Assembly: GCF_009914755.1 (NCBI RefSeq)
Contig: NC_060935.1
Reading direction: 5' to 3' (one strand)
DNA from: the human T2T-CHM13v2.0 reference genome, Homo sapiens
Length of the DNA stretch: 64,000 bases
A program made the position numbers and the translations under genes. The notes under the pieces are model-generated. The model made no database searches, was not told where the DNA came from, and saw only the letters and a program-made list of their open reading frames with translations. Below, one piece after another: positions 26,176-38,799 of the stretch; the first letter of the stretch is position 1; the number at the start of each line of letters is the position of its first letter.

Positions 26176-29100
26176 TGTGAATTAAAGTATATTTTAAATG
26201 TCCATTCTCAGTTTTAGTAAAAAGCCCTGTGCATAGTTTTAAGATAATCTGAAAAATTTATATTATTGTGTTATACTTCGATCTCTGTATCTATACCTTC
26301 TAATATGTATCTATCTTTTAAATTCTGCTTAAAGCAAGCTGCTTTAAAATTTTTCACGGAGCATTTTTGAAAAACTTATATTCTTAAAATGAAAAACTCA
26401 TAATGACCAGTCATTCATTTAAAACATTTGACCACATTTCGACCTACAAAAACAGCAGTTTCATATAAATCAATCAGATACTATGGGTCAAATAATGTGT
26501 TAGAGGTGACAATGAAACAGGGCAAGTAAATGTGTAATTACATAGAGTGTGCTAAGTGAAACAAAAAAAAATTTACAGACGCTTGTGAAAGCCTCATTTA
26601 CATTCATAAAATGTCATTTCAAGAAAATCCAACATTTGAAAATGATAAACCTAAAAAATACAATGTGACTATTTATAAAATAGCCTTCTCATATAGAGAT
26701 AATACCTGATAAATTTAATTGCCAAACTTACGGGAAGACAATTGTTTTGTGACTAAGCACACCCAGCCCCACATCTCCTCAACTTCAAAGTGCGTAAGTT
26801 TTCGGTAGAAAGTCTATGGCACGAGGAAGCTTTCCCAGTTAGTGCTAAGAGCTTTATAAGGTAGGATTTTGTCCACCGATAGATCGATAACTTGCTGATA
26901 AGTAAAATTAAGGATCTGTATTTTCAAAAACCTTTTACCAGACATATTTTGGAGGAATTACCTTTCTCATTGTTTACCTCAATCCTTAGTTAACTGAAAA
27001 GAATAGGAAAAAAATTGATCCTCACTTTCTTTCAGGTTTTGATTAAAGCTGTCAAAAGAGATTCACTCAGAAAACTCTTGTTACTAATCACACATTGTTT
27101 CATTTTTTAAAAATCCTGATCTGACAGGGTCTTCATACTAACGTTTATCTATTATGTTAAAAATAACAATTTTTATTACATTAAGATATCCATCTTTTGA
27201 AAAATAGATATAAAATTTTTTAGTTCACCACTTTTCTGAAAAAGAAAGTGAAGATAAATACATCTAATGTAGCAAAGCAGATCATATAAATAAGAGCAAA
27301 ATAAGTAAATAGAATGGCTATAGGGTAATAGAAAAATTTAAATCAAATGTCATCAGTGAAGCTCGTGATCTCTGCTCCGAAAAGCATCAAAATGAGCAGC
27401 ACACTGCTTGGTGATCTGCACAGACAAGGGGTGAAATGACTGACTTTGGAGACCCAGCTAAGGGAGCATTCAAAAATAAGAAAAGTATGTTTAAAGAAGA
27501 AATGTTACAATGAGCTGTAAGGCCCCTTAAAATCTAGTTAATTGCTTGTTCTCCAAGACCATAGTATATTTTAAGTCACTACCCTTACAAGATTAGACAT
27601 TTCTGGACCTCTTATTGGGTAGACAAAAGAAAAGTTGGAAATGTGTAGCTTTCTGCATCTGAAGGGCCTGTGATGGAACAGAAAACATAATGGACATAGT
27701 CAAGACCCCTGGACGTGGAACCTTTTTCTCAGGCCAATATTTGAATTACTCCCACTTGTACTGATTCCAAGTGTTAAATTACTCAAAAGGGAAATTTAGG
27801 ACTCCTGTAAAGCAAGCATATAAGCCATATGAATACATATATATGGAAGTATTTCATATTTAAAATAAAACATACACTCAGGAATACTATGAAAACATAA
27901 TATGGGAATAATATTGCTCATATATTAGCGCTCAGTATTGTTTTTCTAATGAATTATACACTGTTGTTGAGGGGGATATAATCTTTTTAGTGACGTAAAC
28001 TGAATCTAATGACTTATTAGGATTATGTGGTTTACTCAGTCCTTTCCTTTCAACTATCCCATTCCTATCTTCACCTTTGTACACAGGCATCTTAAAGGCA
28101 ACTTAAAATAAATATATCCAAACCAAAACTTATGCCCTCATCCCTGTGGTGGATTGAAACATTTTTCTCAATTCTTAACCTTGAAGCACCCAATGAGGAA
28201 GGCATTATCACTCAAATTTTACAAAAAAGGAATATGAGGTTAAAAGAAGCAACATGTACCATGTCATATAACAATAATAGCTCAAGATCAAGATTTGATC
28301 CGATGTCTAAAGAGCGTTAATACCTGTGTTTTCCATCTGAGAAGATATGTTAAGAATGATATGCTTGGAAAAGACTTTCAGTCTTAGTTCTATTAAAATG
28401 TAGATTATATATATTTGTTGCTATGCATATGTAAATTATTACTTAATTTTCCTCAGAATAACTGTAAAATATGCCTTTCATTTTGTATACTTTCTCCTGG
28501 CCCCTTTGAAATAGAATTATTAAAAATTGATTGTATTTTTCCCAAAGGTAAGAGTAAGTAGAAAACTTCAAGTATTTCAATCAAAAATTTCAAAACAAAT
28601 CAAAAGATACATGAGAGATTAATTACATACATTAATGCATATTTCATAATATTGAAGGAACAAAATAAAGATGAAAAATAGTTAGCCCACATTCACACCA
28701 TGCTAACATAATACTTTTTAAAGCTTGTGTTTTCTTTCAGTTTTTGTCCATAGGCGTAAATTCCTATCATTATTATAGCACAGATCTAATTCTATATTTG
28801 ACTTTTTCACTTCACATTATGTCATATTGTGTGAATACTGCCTCTAAATATTGACTTCCAATATAAAGTATATAGAAAGTCAGTAGAGGTGCTGAGAGGC
28901 AAGCAATAATTCTGCTTAATTGATGATGATCAACAATCGATTGATTATCAACAAAGAATTGAATTAATTTTGAAAATGTAATGCAAAAATTGTGAACTAA
29001 TGTATTTTCAAAAGTGTCTATATGGTATTGCAAACACCTGCCTTTCTTCTCTCATCTCCACCAATACTCAGCCTGTTTTGTGTCCAGAAGGCCTTGATCT

Positions 29101-29298
29101 CCTCAGGCCTAGTGGCCCTTGTGACAGGGATTATGATTACTTCGCCATCCCTGGAGAGAGAAGCCTACCGAGGTCTCCACTACTGTGGTGGAGGAGGTGT
29201 CAGCTCTCCCACAAGGTGTACCCTGCTGGCAATAGTCACAGCTCCAGTAAGGAGTTGAACCTCACCAGAGCAGGGTGCACTTGTGACTAAGAAATAGC

Positions 29299-29669
29299 TG
29301 ATATGGACTGAATGTTTGCATTTCTCCAAAATTCTTATGTTAACGCCCTTATTCCCAGTGGTATTATATTTAGAGATGTGACCTCTGGGAGGTAAGGTAG
29401 GTTAGAATAGGTCATAAGTATGAGGCCCTCATGATGAGATTAATGCCCTTATGAAAAGAGGAAGAGACACAAGCTCGCTCTCTCCTGTGTGAGGACACAG
29501 CAAGAAGGCAGCCATCCACAAATCAGAAAGGAAACCATTACCAGATACTGAAGCTGCTACACCTTTATCTTGGACTTCCCAGCCTCTGGAACTGTAAGAA
29601 ATAACTATTTGTTATAGAAGCTACCCACCCTATGATATTTTGTTATAGCAGCCCAGACTGACAAAGACA
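29299..29669 (+). mobile_element. MLT1A-like MaLR solo LTR
   Basis: tgatatggactgaatgtttg ... ttggacttcccagcctctggaactgtaagaaataa ... tgttatagcagcccagactgacaaagaca; flanks atagc/ctagc. Confidence 0.9.
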
Positions 29670-30787
29670 CTAGCTAAAGGTCATTGACTGATATGAGACA
29701 CTACGTTGTTTTGTATGCAGAATCTCATTTATTCGTTGTATCAGATCTGAGAGGCAGAGAGTTTTCATGTTCTTCCAGAGTTTTTACATCTTTGGCTTAA
29801 TATCCCTGATTCCTTCAAGTAGTCCTTGTGTCCCAGAGTTTCAAGTTCAATCACAATCCTGGTTATTCTCTAGGCCATGTCTTTATGCTACTGAAATAGT
29901 CCTGTCACGTGGATAGTTGTGGATTCTAGGAAAATCTCTGCCTTTTGTGTTTCTATACTAGCACAAAAAGATTATTATTATCAAAGGGTAAAACAATGAC
30001 ACAGGGCGTGGGAAGTGTTATAAAACTTCCAAACAAAGAAAATAAAGGATTTTATGAATCTCAATGTTTAGCTTCTCCACTCACTAGAAACAAAAGTAAT
30101 TAATATAATAACACATAAACTATATAGAGAAAAACATAGGCTCAAATAACATAATAGCTATATTAAAATTTCTTTGTTTTCTTATATCTAATAAGAGAAA
30201 GCACATATCATATCACTTTTCTTAGCCTGTTAGGCAGTTCAGTCCCACTTTTCATGAGTCTGACCTGATTTCAATTTATTTTGCACTTTAATTAATGGAA
30301 AAATAAGAAGGGAGGTTAAGAATATGTGTAACAAGGGTGCACAGTGTGTTTAGTATGCGTTATTTGCATTTTTTTGGTAACTAAATGACAATTCTACCAT
30401 GATATTAGCCCCGATATTTTTCGTTCTGAGGTGGGTAGGAGTTGTTTCTGTCAGCAGAACTCCTGCTAAATGATTCACTGTCATTTCTCCCCAATATAAT
30501 GTGCTATTAATAATTTTCTTTACTAAAAAGGCACTACTCTGCTATTGAAAATAAGTTTTGTATATTACTTTAAAAATACGATCAAGGTGTAAAGTTTGTT
30601 GTAGGCAAAAATATTCTGCTTCAGTTTTTGAACAAATGCATTTGAACAGCTGAATTTGTTTCTTTATATGGTTGAATTATCATTAATAAATAATGTTATT
30701 TATTTAATGAAAATAATTCATTAGATTACTAACAAATTAAATTTAAATAATTGCACAAAAGATCACTTCTACTAGCCTATCTTCTTA

Positions 30788-31024
30788 GCGGATCACGAGG
30801 TCAGGAGATCGAGACCATCCTGGCTAACATGGTGAAACCGCATCTCTACTAAAAATACAAAAAATTAGCCAGGCGTGGTGGCAGGCGCCTGTAGTTCCAG
30901 CTACTTGGGAGGCTGAGGCAGGAGAATGGTGTGAACTCAGGAGGCGGAGCTTGCAGTGAGCCAAGATTGTGCCACTTCACTCCAGCCTGGGCGACAGAGC
31001 GAGACTCCGTCCCCCCAAAAAAAA
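30788..31024 (+). mobile_element. AluY, 5'-truncated by about 50 nt, short tail
   Basis: Starts gcggatcacgaggtcaggagatcgagaccatcctggctaac; no clear TSD. Confidence 0.93.
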
Positions 31025-31549
31025 TACACTAGAACAGTCTTCTGAAGTAATTCAAGTATGACTGGTTGAAACTTTAAGGCCTAGAACATATTGATAACTC
31101 TTCTACTACCATGTAGTTATGATATTTTTGATTATATTGAAATAAGTCTGCTGAGGTTAAGTTCGGTAATCTGGATTTAAGGAAGGTTTTATATCTAAGC
31201 CTGCCAACTGCAAATGGAGAAACTCCAACCTACAGACTGCCTTCGGATATTTTTTTAACTCCTTAGTTTAATCACTTCTTCTGGATAGGTGGCATGGTCC
31301 CAAGATCCTTCAGATCCATCTACCACCAGTTAGACATGGTCTACTTTGGTTCAGATAATCTTAAGTTTCTTAATTTTCCAGTTGACAGTGTGTATGTGTG
31401 TGTATTATATATCACATATATTATAATACATGTAAGATCTGTGGTTTTAAATCATTACTTTTAGCTTTGGAAGACTCCTTGGTGTGCACAGCACTAATAT
31501 AAAACTCTCCCCTGCAATGTCACCCAGTGGTGCCTAAGTGCTCCATGTG

Positions 31550-31930
31550 TTCAATCATTGATACGTGCATTCCACAAATACATACTGAGCACTCTGTGCC
31601 AAAGGTTCACTATAGCAGGTTCAGTATAGCCAAATAATGAAACAAGCAACAAAGATCCCTACGGTCACAAAGCTTTTATTCTAGTGGGTGATTTCAACCA
31701 ACACACAAAATGAGTAAATAAATTACATGGTTATTAGATGGTGGTAAGTGCTATAGAGAAACGTGAACAAGAATGCAGTGATCTGGGTATGAGATGACAA
31801 TCAGAAACACCATCTGAAAAGCTAATATTAGTCTATGGCCAGACCACCCTGAATGTGCCCGATCGTGTCTGAAAGGGCAATATTACAGTCACAAGCTGAA
31901 CAAGGGGAAGCTTTCCTGGTGGAATTTAAC
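31550..31930 (-). mobile_element. L2 3' fragment (host of the 5S insertion)
   Basis: cacaaatacatactgagcac...aacaaagatccct...gcttttattctagtggg...ggtggtaagtgctatagagaaa. Confidence 0.65.
31831..31872 (+). pseudogene. 5S rRNA tailless retropseudogene (5S nt 1-42)
   Basis: gtctatggccagaccaccctgaatgtgcccgatcgtgtctga versus 5S GTCTACGGCCATACCACCCTGAACGCGCCCGATCTCGTCTGA: 36/42 identical, 4 of 6 changes are CpG transitions; flanking direct repeats. Confidence 0.92.
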
Positions 31931-32929
31931 ATATGCTTATGAGAAACCCAAATTTTTCAATACTCCTCCATAGTCATGCTATAAATTTTTTTCCTGGCCG
32001 TCTGCCAGAAAATATCTGGCAGAGATATAGATAGATTGGCCACTCTTCTCCCCACTACCCTTAAGTGAACTGCTGTTCAGCTCCGTGGCATTTATGACAG
32101 ATTTTTTTCCCCTGGTTTTGGTCCAGTTTCTTGGCAAGCTGAATTTAATCTGACTTAGTCCTTACGTTCCCATTGCCAAGGTACACACAACATGTTTGGG
32201 CATATGGTCTTGTTTTTATGATCTTTTAACCTTTATTTATTATAAATACACCATGGTGTAATGGATCATTTGGGGGAATTGAACACTTGGAATGACAGCA
32301 GGTCCGGTTGAGGCCATCTGGAGATGTTAGAAGGGAGAAGTTTGCTTCCTTGTGAAATAAACTTTTAAAGGGAGTTAAATAAAATTAACTGGAAAACTTG
32401 TGATAAACTCATTTAAGAACAGGATATGGTGGCATGTAACATAGATGAGTGGGTTGAAGGATGGATAAGAATGTGATAAAACAAGGATACATCTCTATTC
32501 TGGAAACTAATATTCTAGAATAAGCCATCAGTTTCCTACCACTGATGTCTCTGATTTTAGAAAGAAGATATTCTAATGTGTGCAAAAATGTTGTCATTTT
32601 CTTTTCATTTTAGACGTGGACATAGTGTTCTCACAGCCTACCTATATACATAATTAGAATGAAGGTGATAGAAGGTTGAAAAAAATAAATGTGGAAGAAT
32701 ATTTTTTTCAAGTTATATTGCCAACTAAAGTCCCTTTTAATGTTTACTTTGTGTGTTTTGATGGTGAGCTGTCTCCTAGTTATAATTAGGAGTTTTATTT
32801 TTAACACTAAAACACCTTTAACTACAATGTATTTTAGCCTAGGTGACTGATGTACTTTCCCTTCCCTAGTATTTTTTTCACCTTTTAATAATTGCTATGT
32901 ATATGAAAAGTAAGCAAATTAACAACGGA

Positions 32930-33530
32930 ATGCCTAAAATACACCACCTGAATGCCTAAAATTTTTTTAAAGAATGAAAACACCAAATCCTGGCAAAGAT
33001 TTTAGATGTTGGAACTCACATTCATTGTTGTGGAGACTATAAAATGGTCTAACCACTTTAGAAAAACTTTGTGCGTTTACTTATAAATGTAAATATAGAT
33101 ATGCACTGTGAACCAGCAATTTCACTCCTAGGTATTTACCCAAGAATTATAAAACATATGTTCACAAAAATATGTGTACGAGAATAACCAAAGAAAGTTT
33201 ATTCATAATTACCTAAAACTAGGAAGAGTCCTGCTGTCTGTTAAAGGTGAATGGATAAACAAATTGTGATATACACAAAAGAATACTACTAAGCGGTAAG
33301 AAGGAACAAACTACTGATCATGTAACAGTATGAGTGATCTCAGAAACACTGTGCTGCATGAAGGAAACCTCAGTTAAAAGAGTACATACAGTGTGATTCT
33401 ATGTCTATTTAGTTCTTGAACAGAAAAATGTCATGTATGATAAAAAGAAAACAATCAGAATAGTGGCAATCTCTGAGGATTTCGGTAGGGGATGATTGAG
33501 AAGATGTGTATGATAATTTTCTGTAGTGGG
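32930..33530 (+). mobile_element. L1ME/L1MC-type 3' region
   Basis: ccagcaatttcactcctaggtatttacccaaga, ggtgaatggataaacaaattgtg, aaggaacaaactactgat. Confidence 0.8.
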
Positions 33531-33643
33531 AACTAAAGTGCTTTGAAAATCCCAGCAGAAATGGATTTTACTAGCATTTTACTTTGAAATATGCAATATT
33601 TATTAAGTTAGTTCCTAAAACCAAGCAGAAAGAATTCCATTTT

Positions 33644-33852
33644 ATGAGAGCAAATGGACCCAGGGAGGGGATCATCACACACCAAGGCCTGTGGGGGTGG
33701 GGGCCTAGGGGAGGGATAACATTAAGTGAAATACCTAATGTAGGTGACGGGTTGATGGGTGCAGCAAACCACCATGGCACATGTATACCTAGGTAACAAA
33801 ACTGCATGTTCTACACATGTAACCCAGAACTTAAAGTATAATAATAAAAAAA
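33644..33852 (+). mobile_element. L1PA (L1PA7/8-like) 3' UTR fragment with G-rich tract
   Basis: atacctaatgtaggtgacgggttgatgggtgcagcaaaccaccatggcacatgtatacc...agaacttaaagtataataataaaaaaa; G-runs at 33693-33715. Confidence 0.92.
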
Positions 33853-33879
33853 GGTCCATTTAACTCCCTGTTATACTAG

Positions 33880-34110
33880 TAATTATTGAACTCTATTGTG
33901 TACTGATATAGAGGAAGCCAAGTACTATCCTAAATATTTTGCCTACATTGCTACACTTACCACTCCCAATACCGTGAGGTGAGAATTATTGGCCCTGTTT
34001 TGTAGATACAGACACTAATGCTTACAGAGTCTGAACAACTTTCCCTGCCAAGCTTGTGCAGGCTCTGTGGGATGGAACTGCTGTTTAAATTCAGGCTTGC
34101 CTAACTCAGA
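33880..34110 (-). mobile_element. MIR
   Basis: ttattgaactctattgtg...gtgaggtgagaattattggccctgttttgtagat. Confidence 0.6.
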
Positions 34111-37100
34111 AGTAATAGTTGTTGTGGTATACAAATTCCTCCTTCTATGCTTACATTTTATGTTCCTTTCATTTTAAAATCCTTCCTCTTTCATCTAATT
34201 TATAGTGTTTAATTATAACATATATAAAATACCTAAGCATTAGTATTTTCAGAAATAAATGATGGTATAAACGATTAAAAACACAAACATAAGATTCCTA
34301 ATTTGGTCCCAATCTACCTATACAGTATTTCTCTTCATGATAGATTTCCCAAATTGATTGGAATATTTAAGGTTCTCCAGTGAACTACTATATAAATCAA
34401 ATTTGAAAATATGGAGTTCAATGTTACTGAGGCTGTCATCTGAGTAGGAAATGCCAAAAGATTACAACCATCTTTTTTGTTCTCCTGCCAAGTAGACTAG
34501 GCATCTGCCAAGGAACCTCAGATCTCCAATGAAGCATAGTTGAGTTTGAAAACACAGAGTTAAATACCCACTGTGGCTGGAACCTGATTAGAACGTACCA
34601 AAGGGTTATAAGATTTTTTATTCTTCTGCCAAATCAACTTTGCTCCTGCCCAGGAAATTGAAATATAAAGCAGATGACATTGACAAGACAAATGCCATTA
34701 ATAGAAAGAGGTATGTACCATGCATGTACAACACAGATTAAGACAGTAAATGCCCAGCATTGAATGAAACTAGAAAGTTTCGAATTCTTCAAAGTGTCAG
34801 ATTTGTACATGATAGCTGTGTGAATATCCAGGAATATGAATAGACCTGAGTGATTTGTGGAGGAGCCTGTTGTTGTTCCCACAAAGACTGCTTTCTAAAA
34901 ACCTGTGGAGTGACCTCACAGCATTAAAAGGCAGTCTGCAACTAAATGTTATCTATTTAGGATGCCTATTAGAGCCAAGGTATTTTATTCTGTAAATTGG
35001 CTGTCTCATTCATAGACAGGTATTTTGAGAGTATTAATGCAGTTGAAATGGTTTTTATGGTTCCTTTCCTTCCCCATCATATATTTATTTTTCTGACTTG
35101 GCTCTTATAATTTACATAATAGCAAACATAACTTGTGTAGGAAGACAGAAATTTAATCATGATGAGTCAAACATACCAAAATTTTCTTTTCTTTTTTTTC
35201 TATAACTGATCTCATGTTGTTTGGAGCCCCTATTCCTAAAGTTGAAACAATAAAAACAATAAGAAAATTAAACTTGCCAAGTAAAACCCAGTCTTCCTTA
35301 CTTTCCACAATTTCTGTGTAGATAGATATTCAGTTAGCTCACAGAACTCCCTAGCAGGCATTATCTTCCCAGCCAAGAGGTATCATCTTTCATTATTCCT
35401 TTCCAAGATTGTCTGGGACAAGGTGGGAGCTTATATAACCTTGTGTTGAAAAGGGAAGAGGAAGGCTCTGGCCTACGTGCTGTCCTTGGGGTCAAGGGCC
35501 TTGTCGCACTTGTCAACATCACTTCTAGTCTTAGTTGCCAAGTGTCAACACCTGGCACAACCCTGAGTGTGTTTTCCTGACTGTCAATGCATAGAGATGG
35601 CTGTCTGCCTCACTGACCAGGCAAGCCAGCTCAGGCTCTCCCTTATACCACAGATCCTTTGAGAGCCGGGCGGTGAATCTCTTGTCGTTCCTTTCTTCTG
35701 TGCCATCATTAGCCACCTGCCACTTGCCCCTGCCACTTGCCCCCATAGCTCCAGTAAACTTAAGGATTTCCTATAAGCCCTTTCAGACAGGGAAATAGAA
35801 AGACACTATACAAGGCCCAATCTAGCTATTTCTCTCCAGCAGTACTATTGCTATTTTCAAGTTACTCAATAATATGAGGAAAAGGCACAAAGGCATCTTA
35901 CCTGCCTTGACCACCTATAAATCCCACGTTTTTATAAAGTATTGGTTTCTCATTCAAACTGATGTAAGTGTACTTCATTTACATTTATGTTCCAAAAATT
36001 ATTAGTAGACTACAAAATTTTTGCAAAATAGAATGACACAGGGAATTCTGGGTGCTTGAGTCTTGATCCAGTTGAGTGTATGCTTGTCCAAACCAGTATT
36101 TGGGAAAGTAAGAGCGGGGAATGGTAATTTTGTCCTGGCCTATCCATATGTTTCACTGTACCCTGCATTTACATTGTATTTGATAATTTTGAGACTGATG
36201 GAGTGCAAACAATCCAGTTGCTACTATCTCCAGCATATATCTAGAAAAGATTGAATCATGGTCAGATTTAACTTTGCATATGTATGGCTAAGTCAAAAGA
36301 GGAGGGCCTCCTTCACACAGGCTTACCATCTATAACTCAGTTCCACTAGTGAGGATAGTCAGGACTACCAAGACATTTGCAGATCTGTTGCCTAAGAATG
36401 AGGTTAATTTCTCTGCTGTGCATCCTGATTGTCCTGACTTTTTTCTTTTGCCTTTAAATAAACCTTGTTTGATTACCCACATCATAGCTGTGTTTGCACT
36501 CACCATCATTTTGAATATATTATTGACATTTGTCCATACAGTGGTGTTCTTGTTTATAAGTAACTGCTCCAAAGAAAAAAACGTTTACCCCACGTGAAGG
36601 CTGTTCCTCAGTTGCTTGGTTGATTTAGGGATATGTGTAGTTTGGCCAGATTGGCATGATGATATTTTGTCAATCCAGTAGATGGTCTAAATTCATATGC
36701 TATATAATTCATAGCATTTTTAGCAATCTTAGCGCATCCTAAGACATCAATCAAAAGGAATTAACGTGATACCTCCCTTAACTACAGGTTTCTTAAGAAT
36801 AATTAATCATAATTGGCTTTCTCTCACTCCACAATTATGTATTTTCAATATAGTAAATGCTCATTTAGTATAACATGAATGCTACATTATGCTACATGAA
36901 CCCACATAAGCATGACCAGATAAATCACATGCTATTTAAAGTATATTAATACACCTGTGAAATATAGTGATATGCTGCCAATCATCATTTGACCTTAGAA
37001 TAGGGGTTGGGCATGTTTTCAGTGTAGTTGGTCATCAATTAAGACTTCCCGGGACCTTGTTTAGATCCAGATAAGCCTAAAATTTTTTGAAGAAGTTCTT

Positions 37101-37249
37101 TAAGTCCAGCTGAAACTGGAGATTGCTATAAGGATTTTAACACATTTTATAGATTTATGAAAGACAACACTAGTCAGTTGAAATGCGGATAATTTTTCTA
37201 TGATGTTGTAACTGGAAATAATAAAAAGCAAAGGGGAGACATCAGCGAC

Positions 37250-38040
37250 CCCTCTTTTTCTCATACCCCGTAATCAGTGCTAAGTGAATTTTACCAGCAT
37301 AACCTCTAACATATTCCACATTATGGTGGCTGTTCACCCTCTGCACTATACTCCAAACCCCATGATCTCTCTCCTGAAAAATCACCTCCTAACTGGCCTC
37401 CCTACTTCCACCATTGCCTCCCTGGTCTAGTCATCTTGAAGCAGCAAAAGTGATTCTTTGAAAATACAAATCTGAGTATAACAGTTCCATGTTTAAAACC
37501 CTGCCATAGCTGTACATCACACAAAGTAACAAGCAATTCTTATCATGGCCCAGAGAAAATTCACAATCTACAGTTTCTGGCGCTCTTTCCATCCTTTAGC
37601 CCTACCCCTCTCTCCTAAATACTATGGACAGACAGGCCCCCTTGCAGTTCCTTAAATACACTTATCTCAGGGCCCACAAAACTGCTGTTATCTCTGTCTG
37701 GAAAGACCTTAATCACTGGTAATTTTGTGGCTTGCTCCCTTATTTTATTTAAATCCGTTTTGAAATTTCACCTCCTCAGATCAGACTTTCCTACTGTGTT
37801 ATCTTAACTAGCACACTTTCTACTTTCCATTGATTGTAACATGTTTCGTTTTTCTTCCCTTGCACATATCAATGCATGTATTATTTGTCTGTTTACTGGA
37901 TGCCTTGCCTGATACTACAAATGCTTCATAAAGTCAGTAATTCTTTTTTGTTTCAATAGCATATTGTTAGCCTATAGAACATATGTCCTCGAATACTAAA
38001 CAATGAGTAAATATATATTGAAATAAATCATTAATTAAAG
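37250..38040 (+). mobile_element. L2 (L2a-like) 3' portion
   Basis: cctcctaactggcctccctacttccacc, gcagcaaaagtgattctttgaaaatacaaatctga, tttaaaaccct. Confidence 0.75.
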
Positions 38041-38485
38041 CATAATAAAATGGACCCTGTGCTCTAAGAAATCTCTCTGGGACCAGTTTCACATGAGACC
38101 CCAAAACAAGGATAACTTTAATCCATAAGACCCCTCAGTGCAAGTAGAATTGGATTTTGAGCCATAGTGCCCTGAATTTGGAAAGGTTAGAGCTGCAGAG
38201 TCTTTCTCTTTGACACACACCACAGGGCGTTCTGTGGATGATGGTGGTGGAGGGGTGGTGCTGTCATCTAGAAAAAGTAGAGTGTTTTTGTGCTCATGCT
38301 TGTGATAAACATTACCAAAATTTTGAAAAGTGGTTTTCTTCAATGACTTAGTATCTTAATCAGGTTTTAGCTCCCAGGTACCTAAGTCTCCTATGTTATG
38401 GGTGACCCAAGTCCTTTTTAGACAGCCTATAATATCGGCCTTAACTAGTTTATTGTCCTCATGGTCACAAATGCATCTGTCATGG

Positions 38486-38799
38486 TTTTTTTTTGTTTTT
38501 TTTTTTTTTGTTTTTTTTGAGACGGAATCTCGCTCTTTCGCCCAGGCCGGAGTGCAGTGGCGCTATCTCGGCTCACTGCAAGCTCCGCCACTTGGGTTCA
38601 TGCCATTCTTCTGCCTCAGCCTCCCAAGTAGCTGGGACTACATGTGGCCACCACCACACCCAGCTAATTTTTTGTATTTTTAGTAGAGACGGGGTTTCAC
38701 CATGTTAGCCAGGATGGTCTCAATCTCCTGACCTCGTGATCTACCTGCCTCAGCCTCCCAAAGTGCTGGGATTACAGGTGTGAGCCACCGCGCCCGGCC
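38486..38799 (-). mobile_element. AluY, full length
   Basis: Poly-T, gcaagctccgcc, ends gagccaccgcgcccggcc; TSD tctgtcatg on both sides. Confidence 0.96.

Noticed and set aside
31831-31872. Functional 5S rRNA gene
   Set aside because: Only 42 of about 120 nt, CpG-decayed, and lacks the internal promoter and terminator
35895-35925. Possible - strand microexon with donor CAG|GTAAGA
   Set aside because: The acceptor lacks a polypyrimidine tract; isolated donor-like motifs (also near 5668, 36325 and 40405) are expected by chance
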